This document shows, in pieces, positions 56,648-64,000 of a stretch of DNA of 64,000 nt; within the stretch, counting starts at the first letter, position 1, and every line of letters starts with the position of its first letter. The notes under the pieces are model-generated. The model saw nothing but the letters and a program-made list of their open reading frames with translations. It ran no database searches and was not told the DNA's origin. A program made the position numbers and the translations under genes. Source of the stretch: a virus (taxonomy: Duplodnaviria > Caudoviricetes); the IMG/VR virus record IMGVR_UViG_3300025012_000029, positions 96,001 to 160,000 of that record. One strand, written 5' to 3'.

Positions 56648-57727
56648 TTATACTATTATTCCTTCAACGTATTTTGCTATCGATAAACAGCAAGTAAGCC
56701 CAGGTGATTCTATTCCAATCAAGTTTATCATATTGCGGAAACCATTGTCAATTTCATTCTTGATTATAAAATCTTTTTTATTGCCCTCATTACCAGAAAG
56801 TCTTGGACGAATTCCACTATAATCAGGAAATATATCTTCATCGCCTAATTCAATATATTCATTGATAGATGAAAGAAAACTTTCTTTAAATCTTTCATCA
56901 ATATTGTAATCAACATCGTATACTCTATAAGCGTTTGGTCCAAAAGAAACAGAACCATCTAAATTAATTCGAGTATGTATTCCCAAACTATCAAAACGAG
57001 GCAATGGATAAATTAAATGATTAAGATTTTTAATTTTATTTGTTTTATAATAATCGCCTTTCCAGAATTCCAATCTATATTGGTTTGGAAAAAGCAAATT
57101 TGCTATTTTATCTGCCCAGAGCCCAGCACAATTAATTAGAATTTTAGATGTTAAATGAAAATCATCTATTCCAACTCGAAAAGTGCCACCTTCATAGCGA
57201 TCGTATTGAATGCTCCGAACATTACATCCGAATCCAACATATACGTTGTTTCTCTGTCCTATCTGTCTATTCAATTCATACATTAAAGCATGAGAGTCGA
57301 TTATGCCAGTAGACGGCACCCATACAGCGGTATTATACTTTATAGTATCAGGAATATTATCTTTCGCTATTGTTAACCCTTCAATGCCATTTCTCTTTCC
57401 GTTGGAAAGGATATCAATTAAATAACCTTCCTCTCCTTTTTGGCATATGATAAATTTTCCGCATTTCTTATGATGAATATTGTGCTCATGAGCAAAATCA
57501 TAAAGCATTTTATTGCCTTCAATACACAATTTTGATTTTAGACTATTTGCTTGGTAATAAATACCAGAATGAATTACTTCACTATTTCTACTTGAAGTAT
57601 GTTGACCAAAACTGTTTTCTTTTTCAACAATGATTACTTGTTTCCCAGAACGAGATAAGCGTTCAGCTATAGCAAGACCAATTACTCCAGCACCAATAAC
57701 AATAATTTCGGCATCAATAGTTGGCAT
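56648..57727 (-). CDS. FAD-dependent oxidoreductase, L-2-hydroxyglutarate oxidase (LhgO)-like family
   Basis: IVIGAGVIG, TSSRNSEVIHSGIYY, STGIIDSH, INCAGLWAD, KGDYY, YSGIRP and GIESPGLT. Confidence 0.85.
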   Translation of the reverse strand: MPTIDAEIIVIGAGVIGLAIAERLSRSGKQVIIVEKENSFGQHTSSRNSEVIHSGIYYQANSLKSKLCIEGNKMLYDFAHEHNIHHKKCGKFIICQKGEEGYLIDILSNGKRNGIEGLTIAKDNIPDTIKYNTAVWVPSTGIIDSHALMYELNRQIGQRNNVYVGFGCNVRSIQYDRYEGGTFRVGIDDFHLTSKILINCAGLWADKIANLLFPNQYRLEFWKGDYYKTNKIKNLNHLIYPLPRFDSLGIHTRINLDGSVSFGPNAYRVYDVDYNIDERFKESFLSSINEYIELGDEDIFPDYSGIRPRLSGNEGNKKDFIIKNEIDNGFRNMINLIGIESPGLTCCLSIAKYVEGIIV

Positions 57728-58658
57728 AGATTATAAAATCATCATTTAACATTTCGTACACAGTTTTGAGTTGTATAATGCCTTCATCTAGATCAGTACG
57801 GCAACTAAATCCTTTATCATAGAATTTTTGACTACTAATAATATAATTCCGACAATCAGGATCCTTTGTTATTTGTGCTTCAATAATTTCCAATGGAATA
57901 TGTTCAGAAATTTTTTGACAAAGCTGAAGTTTACTCATATTGAGTTTATCATTTCCAACGTTAAATACTTCATTTTTACACTTATCCCAATTATTTATGG
58001 CGAATATAAAAGCATTACACGCATCATCAATATGTATATAATTACGCATGTATGAGCCTTCATATACAATAAGAACTTTTTCTCTCATTGCCTTTAACAC
58101 AAGATTGTTCACAAGCAAATCAGTTCGCATCCTTGACGATGGACCAAACACTGTAGCAAGTCTCATCGAACAATGGTTCTCGACTTGCCGAATTGCTTCT
58201 TCGCCAGCGCATTTTGATTTTCCATAAACAGATATCGGATTAAGTGGATCTTTTTCTGTTATCGTTGAAGTCCCATCAGTAGTTCCATAACCAGAATTCG
58301 AATTTGGAACCAAAAGTAATTGATCTTTTGATTTGTTATTGGCAAGGAATTCATTAGCTCCGTGATGAATGTCCCACGCTTCTTGTGGACGTTTATCACA
58401 TAATGGAGCGCCGACTAAAGCAGCGAGAGAAATAATAACATCATGATTTTTTAATAAAAAACCAAGCAACTCTTTATCTCGTACATCACCTTTAACAAAA
58501 TTGAATCTATCATCATTTGCGTACTGAAGAAGAGAAGTTTTATCGTAAAGAAGTGAGTCTAGTGCTGTAACTTCACCGAATGGATAGTCCTGTTCTAAAA
58601 TTTTGCCAACTAGATTAGAACCAATATATCCCGCTGCTCCGGATATAAGATATCTCAT
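57714..58658 (-). CDS. NAD-dependent epimerase/dehydratase (extended SDR)
   Basis: ISGAAGYIGS, LAALVGAPLC, YGKSK and RLATVFG. Confidence 0.85.
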   Translation of the reverse strand: MRYLISGAAGYIGSNLVGKILEQDYPFGEVTALDSLLYDKTSLLQYANDDRFNFVKGDVRDKELLGFLLKNHDVIISLAALVGAPLCDKRPQEAWDIHHGANEFLANNKSKDQLLLVPNSNSGYGTTDGTSTITEKDPLNPISVYGKSKCAGEEAIRQVENHCSMRLATVFGPSSRMRTDLLVNNLVLKAMREKVLIVYEGSYMRNYIHIDDACNAFIFAINNWDKCKNEVFNVGNDKLNMSKLQLCQKISEHIPLEIIEAQITKDPDCRNYIISSQKFYDKGFSCRTDLDEGIIQLKTVYEMLNDDFIIYANY

Positions 58659-58661
58659 ATT

Positions 58662-59084
58662 TTATTCCTCACTATTCCAGCTTGGTTCCCAATCAGAATA
58701 TTCTGATGCCAAGCAATCAACTTTATGATCAATTCTTCCTTTGACTTGATATTCAATATTATTTTTAGCTCTATTTCTTACTCCATTCAAAGAATGTGAC
58801 AATAAAAGCTTACTTCCGTCTTTATTGCCTTTTCTTGCTTCACTTTCATTATACCAGATATGATTGTTATAGTGCGCAAGGATAATGATATTACGAATGA
58901 TGTCAGCATTGAGCGCTACTGGAATTTCATCTAAAAATAGATCAATATCATACATTATGTCCTTTATTTCTTGCGCGTACGCTGCTTTATGTTCAGGAAT
59001 TCTAACTTCTTTCAACTGATCTATCGACATCCTATCTATCAAGTCTGATAGCGATGGCAAATATCTCCTTTTCTTCTCTGTCAT
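58662..59084 (-). CDS. Hypothetical helical protein
   Basis: Likely start is ATG 59084 (GAGGAG Shine-Dalgarno); YLPSLSDLIDRMSIDQLK. Confidence 0.55.
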   Translation of the reverse strand: MTEKKRRYLPSLSDLIDRMSIDQLKEVRIPEHKAAYAQEIKDIMYDIDLFLDEIPVALNADIIRNIIILAHYNNHIWYNESEARKGNKDGSKLLLSHSLNGVRNRAKNNIEYQVKGRIDHKVDCLASEYSDWEPSWNSEE

Positions 59085-59158
59085 TTTTTCTCCTCGATTC
59101 CCATTACAACTACAACACACATATCCCATATGAATAGAACAATAATTGTGTAACATTT

Positions 59159-60829
59159 TTATTCAACACTGTCAAAGTATTCTTTAAAGGTATTATAATT
59201 TGACTCTCCTATAACATCTTTAAATTCATGGAAAACATCACGTTCTTCGCGCCTTCGACGAAGCATTTTGTCTGGATCGGAACTTGTGCTTAATCCGTCT
59301 GGATTATAATAATAAAGTCCCAATATTTTATTAACCTTCTTAAAAAGAGAACCAGCTCTAACAGCTCGCAACCATAACTCCCAATCTCCAGCGTGTTTGA
59401 GTTTTTCATCCCATAGTCCCGCTTTATCGTGAATAGATTTACGATATAGAGGTAGGGGTCCGGGAAGACATTTGATCATATTTTCTCTGGAAAAATCCAT
59501 TCGAGAGTGTTCATACAATCTTCCTTTTGAAGAATTTTGTTCAACTGTTTCATTAGGTTTTGTCGTTTGAAGACAATCCCCATATACCAAATCGATTTCT
59601 GGATTCAACATTAAGTGTTTTGCTAGTGTTTCTAAATGATCGTTCGCCATCCTATCATCAGCCAACACACATGCTATAAATTCCCCGGACGCAAGTTTCG
59701 TTGCTTCATTAAATGCTTCCATTGGAGTTATTTGGGTGTTTTTTCTAATATATTTAATATTGTCTGTATGCACTTGTATATATTTCGAAATTATTGAGAC
59801 TTCATCATCTGGAGAATTGGCATCGATAATGATTAATTCAGAATCGTCTGATATTGTTTGTGCTACAAACGAATCCATAAAACCTTTAATATGTTCCTTT
59901 GCTTTATAGATTGTCGTAATAACTGAAACTTTGGGAAGTTTTACTGAATTAAATTTTTCCACTTCTTTATCTTTGATTACTTTCTCAAACAAATCAATTG
60001 TTTTTTCTTTTCTTCCGGCAATATATTCTAATAACTCTTCGCCCTTTAATTTGAAAAAATCTTCTGATGCGCATCCTAAAGCTTTGTTTGTTATTAATTT
60101 ACAACCTAGAATTCTAGCTTCAATCGCGACCCTACAAAATGTTTCAATCCATGTAGGAAAAAACACCAACGTTTCTGTTTTGGCAAGTTCATCAAAAAAT
60201 CTATCTTGATCACAAAATGGAATTAATTCATAATTTATTTTATTCTTTTTACAATATTGTATTGCTTCGGGCATGCCTTTATTTTTATTATTGGATTGGA
60301 TAATACCAACTTTTCTATTCTTCTTTTTTCCAATATTGTTGCGAAGGACTTCAACTGCTTCATCAGACCATATATTACATCCAATATTGACAATATTTTT
60401 GAGAAGAAGATTTTTCTCCATTATTTCAGCATGCATCTTGCTTTGACAAAAAACTGCTTTCGCTGATTTAAAAAATTGTTTATTCTGTATTTGATCTTCA
60501 GGAACAACAAGATTTGGAAATAATGCTGGGTTATTTGATTTGAATGCCTTCCAATCATTTTCAACTATCAAATAATTTATTTTTTCATTAATCAGTGTTT
60601 GTTTACTATCTTCTGGTAATAGCATAAAATTTGATATTATCCAAAAACAATCTTTATTGTCTTTTAGCAAGTTAGAAGTACATTCAACACTTTTAAGTTT
60701 TTCTAATTCGAATCCACGTTTCTGCAGAGACTTTATTTGTTCTTCTGCGCACAACTCGGCACCGCCACAGATTTCATTAGCAAAATAGTCAGCAACATAA
60801 ACAACTTTTTTAGTATTAATCATACGCAA
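59159..60829 (-). CDS. Two-domain glycosyltransferase (GT-B-like fused to GT2)
   Basis: N-terminal GGAELC...ETFCRVAIEARILGC; C-terminal KVSVITT, LIIIDANS, LADD and GDWELWLR. Confidence 0.8.
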   Translation of the reverse strand: MRMINTKKVVYVADYFANEICGGAELCAEEQIKSLQKRGFELEKLKSVECTSNLLKDNKDCFWIISNFMLLPEDSKQTLINEKINYLIVENDWKAFKSNNPALFPNLVVPEDQIQNKQFFKSAKAVFCQSKMHAEIMEKNLLLKNIVNIGCNIWSDEAVEVLRNNIGKKKNRKVGIIQSNNKNKGMPEAIQYCKKNKINYELIPFCDQDRFFDELAKTETLVFFPTWIETFCRVAIEARILGCKLITNKALGCASEDFFKLKGEELLEYIAGRKEKTIDLFEKVIKDKEVEKFNSVKLPKVSVITTIYKAKEHIKGFMDSFVAQTISDDSELIIIDANSPDDEVSIISKYIQVHTDNIKYIRKNTQITPMEAFNEATKLASGEFIACVLADDRMANDHLETLAKHLMLNPEIDLVYGDCLQTTKPNETVEQNSSKGRLYEHSRMDFSRENMIKCLPGPLPLYRKSIHDKAGLWDEKLKHAGDWELWLRAVRAGSLFKKVNKILGLYYYNPDGLSTSSDPDKMLRRRREERDVFHEFKDVIGESNYNTFKEYFDSVE

Positions 60830-63326
60830 TAACTTCTTTCAATAAGGGATTAACTTCTTTTTCTTCTTTCAGAAAATCCGCAATATCTACAATTGGATAA
60901 TATTCATCTACACAATCGGCGAAATGTGTCAACATCTTATCGGAATCAAATTTGTCTAACACATATTCTTGAAGTTTGTTTGCTCGCGATTTACAAGAAC
61001 CATAATTTTTGTAAACTTCCCTCATTTGTTGTTTAGCATCAATTTCTCTAGGAAAGCACCATTGTGCATCAGGAATAATTATTCCATCCCAAACTGCTTC
61101 TGGTTGAACATTTTTAATATCGTACGCTACGTTAGAAATCATACATGTATTTTTGATTTTATTCTTTTTCTTATCTTTTATTGGCATATAAATAAAATCA
61201 TTTTGTCCACTCCATGCGGGGGCAACTATCGGCAATCCATTATATGCTGATTCAAACATTGGAAGACAGTTGTGCACCATAAAATTTTCAGTACAATAAG
61301 TTTCGTCTTCTTCAACAGAAAGGTTGAATACTTTACCAGCGTGCTGAAATTTAGTAATATTTTTTATTCTCAGCAAAAAACAATCTTCTTTTTCTTTAGT
61401 TCTTCCAGATTGTTTTTCATTAAACGAATCTGCCAACTGCAGTGTGTCGTATATTACAGTATTAGAAGTATGTTTATTTAACATGGTTACAAATTTATTA
61501 ATACTTTCTTTTTTTCCAATAACTAACGAATGAATTTCACTCTTGTAATTCCATTTTTCTTTAATAATTCCTTCTCGGGTGCACATTTTATAGGAACATA
61601 ATATTCCTTGTTCTAATAATAATATTCTAATTTGTCTCAATAATGTTTTATTGACAAGTTGTACCTCTATAGATGGATTCTTGTAATTTTTAGTATTAAT
61701 ATATCCATCTCCTTCAAATAAAGCAGTAATCATTCCCTCTTTAAATTCATTAGGAAACGAGAAAACGCAATCACTAATAACTTTATTTTTTGATTTATTT
61801 CCCAATAAAGATTTGAAAAATAAAGCCACAATTTTATTGTGAAATACAATAACAGAACATTTTTTATTTTTTCTTTTTTCTATCCTAAAATGTTCTATCC
61901 CGAATATATCTTTCATGCAATTGATAATTTCTTTTCCAAAAGAATCAATTTCTTTATCATGAAGAGAAAAAGCAATAATTCTATCATCAGATACACATCC
62001 TTCGGCTAAAAACCATCCACACAATCTACCAAATTTTTTATCAATATTGATATTATTTTTTATTTTTAGGCCAAGTTTATTTGAATGCATATAAAAAATA
62101 TCTTCATCGTTTAGTACTAAATTTTTTTCATTTTTTACGTGTTCAAATATATCAATATTGTTAATGATATTTTCTTTTTTTGACATTTTTGGCAAAACCA
62201 AATAGTCATTTTGTTTTAATTCATCGCTTCTTTTCCACAAGAATTCTTTATTTTTATTATCATAAATGTAAACATTGTGATTCGGCGTTAAAACAATTGG
62301 TTCCATAGGTACTGCACAATATGGAACAATTTTAATCATCTCGCCAGAATATTCACGAGACATAGGAGTTATAACTTTTCGATATCGATTTCTATGAGTC
62401 AATACTAAATCTCCAGATTTAATATCGATCAATTTCTTAAGTCCTTTGTCTGTAATAATTGGAGTATAGTCCAATCCGCAGAAACCTTCTCCGTGCGTTA
62501 AACTAATGAAAGCTTTAATTTTTGGATGTCTATAAAGAAAAGTCATTTCTTCCTCTCTTAAATCTCCATGTAAAAGATGTATAGCACATTTTCGTTCTTT
62601 TCCATTAAATTGAGATAAAACATCATTAACTCTATTTTGAGTCATTTCTCTATCCATTAATGATTGATTAACGGAATTGACTTTCAATATTAATCCAACT
62701 TCTTTATTCATAAACTCTTCAACGAACCATTTAATTGTATTTTCAACATTCTTTCGTGGTCCCCATTGAGCTACAGTTAGAAAATTAAAATCATACTTAA
62801 AATCAACATTAATTGGTTTTGGTTCTACAATTCTAACCGGATAAGGAACAACTTCCATTGGCATCTCAAGTTTGGCAACAAATTGTCTTCCTGTAACATT
62901 ATCTGTCGCTGGAAACTGCGCATTGGTAAAACCAAATTTAGAATGATTAGATGTTAATAGAATTTTGTTTACATTGAAACATCCCTGAAACCATTGAGGT
63001 GAAATTTTAGTTGTTTCAATTCCAGCAGTATATCCAATATTAATTGGAGCCATTTTTTTCCACTCATTTGGGATACAAACTTGTAATGATATATCAAACT
63101 GTCCACCTTGTTGTTGATAAACAAGAGTTTTTTGAAGAATTTGATCAATCCAGCGGCGCTCTTCTGTATCTTCCCATGTCCAACTTGTTCTACCCCAAGG
63201 GGTATTAATGAGATATATGTCAAATCGTTCTGGAAACTTTCGAAGAGCGGAAAGAGCAAAACGACTCTGAACACCATAACCGCTTTGGCTCAAAAAAGGT
63301 CCCCTCATTATGATTTTTTTAGTCAT
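60816..63326 (-). CDS. GT4-family glycosyltransferase interrupted by an intein
   Basis: SGYG and FLTVAQWGPRKN; after intein removal the extein reads HGEGF/CLPMFE, giving the EX7E motif. Confidence 0.85.
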   Translation of the reverse strand: MTKKIIMRGPFLSQSGYGVQSRFALSALRKFPERFDIYLINTPWGRTSWTWEDTEERRWIDQILQKTLVYQQQGGQFDISLQVCIPNEWKKMAPINIGYTAGIETTKISPQWFQGCFNVNKILLTSNHSKFGFTNAQFPATDNVTGRQFVAKLEMPMEVVPYPVRIVEPKPINVDFKYDFNFLTVAQWGPRKNVENTIKWFVEEFMNKEVGLILKVNSVNQSLMDREMTQNRVNDVLSQFNGKERKCAIHLLHGDLREEEMTFLYRHPKIKAFISLTHGEGFCGLDYTPIITDKGLKKLIDIKSGDLVLTHRNRYRKVITPMSREYSGEMIKIVPYCAVPMEPIVLTPNHNVYIYDNKNKEFLWKRSDELKQNDYLVLPKMSKKENIINNIDIFEHVKNEKNLVLNDEDIFYMHSNKLGLKIKNNINIDKKFGRLCGWFLAEGCVSDDRIIAFSLHDKEIDSFGKEIINCMKDIFGIEHFRIEKRKNKKCSVIVFHNKIVALFFKSLLGNKSKNKVISDCVFSFPNEFKEGMITALFEGDGYINTKNYKNPSIEVQLVNKTLLRQIRILLLEQGILCSYKMCTREGIIKEKWNYKSEIHSLVIGKKESINKFVTMLNKHTSNTVIYDTLQLADSFNEKQSGRTKEKEDCFLLRIKNITKFQHAGKVFNLSVEEDETYCTENFMVHNCLPMFESAYNGLPIVAPAWSGQNDFIYMPIKDKKKNKIKNTCMISNVAYDIKNVQPEAVWDGIIIPDAQWCFPREIDAKQQMREVYKNYGSCKSRANKLQEYVLDKFDSDKMLTHFADCVDEYYPIVDIADFLKEEKEVNPLLKEVIAYD
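61269..62480 (-). mobile_element. Intein (404 aa) with a LAGLIDADG homing endonuclease
   Basis: Starts CGLDYTPII, ends VFNLSVEEDETYCTENFMVHN, +1 residue is Cys; DOD motifs LCGWFLAEG and ITALFEGDG. Confidence 0.92.
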
Positions 63327-63334
63327 TGTGCTTC

Positions 63335-63655
63335 CTATAATATATTTTTAATTTTTATTTCATTAGTTTTTGGATCGCATACACGCGAAGATAAAGATAC
63401 ATTATCTATATGCCTAGGATATAATAATCTTTTTTTTAGTGCGACTTCTTTTAGTTTTTGTCCACGAAGTGAATTTTTAAAAAAACTTTTTATACTGTTA
63501 TTAAAACATTCTTTATTATCAAAACAAATATTATGTGGTGAAAACTTAATTGACTTTTTTTCCACCCGGCGTCGCAAAGTATATAATAATCTCTCAATTA
63601 GAAAAAACATATACTCCATCGTTTTCAATAAATTATAAATAATATTTTTCACCAT
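63335..63655 (-). CDS. Hypothetical protein
   Basis: 106-aa basic ORF between two glycosyltransferase genes; weakly supported. Confidence 0.35.
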   Translation of the reverse strand: MVKNIIYNLLKTMEYMFFLIERLLYTLRRRVEKKSIKFSPHNICFDNKECFNNSIKSFFKNSLRGQKLKEVALKKRLLYPRHIDNVSLSSRVCDPKTNEIKIKNIL

Positions 63656-63674
63656 ATTTACCCCTTACACTTTT

Positions 63675-64000
63675 TTATAAAGTTCTCAATTCCCACGCTC
63701 TGTAACATTTTCTATTTTCCCAACTACCATGCTTTTCGTGAACATGAGTTAAAACTTCATCCCAACGCTTGTTGAATGATTCAAAATTATAATTTTTGAT
63801 AACATGTTCTCTTCCCTTTTTACCCATCAATATGCGTTCTTCTTTTGTCATATTATAAAACATAACCATTGCCTTGAGAAAATCCGGTTTTGAAATTCTG
63901 TCCTCAAAAATATATGGCACTGTTTGTGATCCAATTACAACGCTTGACGCCGGAATTATTCCAATTCCATGTTCACATATTTTTATTTTATCAGATATCT
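63675..64000 (-). CDS. GT-B glycosyltransferase, C-terminal part (runs off window end)
   Basis: The frame stays open to the window edge: ...GIGIIPASSVVIGSQTVPYIFEDR...MGKKGREHVIKNYNFESFNKRW. Confidence 0.7.
   Translation of the reverse strand, partial: ISDKIKICEHGIGIIPASSVVIGSQTVPYIFEDRISKPDFLKAMVMFYNMTKEERILMGKKGREHVIKNYNFESFNKRWDEVLTHVHEKHGSWENRKCYRAWELRTL

Noticed and set aside
365-63638. Plus-strand ORFs and short nested minus-strand ORFs in the track
   Set aside because: They lie antisense to or inside well-supported genes and show no recognisable motifs; treated as shadow ORFs.
1-64000. Stop-codon reassignment (TAG or TGA), known in some large phages
   Set aside because: Code 11 yields long, tightly packed ORFs. 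TAA, TAG and TGA all end genes at points where the next gene begins (e.g. TAG 3015, TGA 5351, TGA 13599).
37379-64000. Bacterial O-antigen/capsule locus joined by misassembly
   Set aside because: The island is co-oriented and overlap-coupled with phage genes at its boundary. It is interspersed with phage-type small ORFs and shares an HNH family with the tail region, and no wzx/wzy is seen. Read-level confirmation is still advisable.
1-64000. tRNA, rRNA or group I/II intron genes
   Set aside because: Non-coding gaps are all under about 200 bp and I saw no cloverleaf or intron core by eye; tRNAscan-SE and Infernal would be needed to exclude them formally.

Overview
AT-rich segment of a large contractile-tailed (myovirus-type, probably jumbo) bacteriophage genome. 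Every credible gene is on the minus strand, and standard code 11 gives full-length ORFs. In coordinate order: (1) 1-1.8 kb, replication/recombination genes (partial primase, SNase-like nuclease, RuvC-like resolvase). (2) 1.9-35.8 kb, tail/baseplate module (giant LamG- and Ig-containing virion proteins, gp6-like wedge, gp25-like, gp5-like spike, OB-fold/M15B peptidase) plus a free-standing HNH gene. (3) 35.9-37.4 kb, gp55-like sigma factor and small genes. (4) 37.4-64 kb, a glycan-biosynthesis island of at least 26 kb that runs off the window end. The island holds split HldE-like domains with a HAD phosphatase, a Gmd/ColD/ColC-like set (GDP-colitose-type), several SDR epimerases, a nucleotide-sugar dehydrogenase, seven glycosyltransferase genes (one with a LAGLIDADG intein) and a methyltransferase. 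It also holds a module of minimal ThDP-enzyme alpha/beta subunits, a B12 radical SAM enzyme, IscA and an FAD oxidoreductase. Gene stubs, a second HNH gene and an orphan IS200/IS605-like end are scattered through it. Best candidate for an undescribed system: a phage-encoded virion glycosylation pathway making unusual sugars, with the strongly enriched [S/T]-G-S motif of five tail proteins as the possible acceptor. All family calls are from motifs read by eye; no database search was run.
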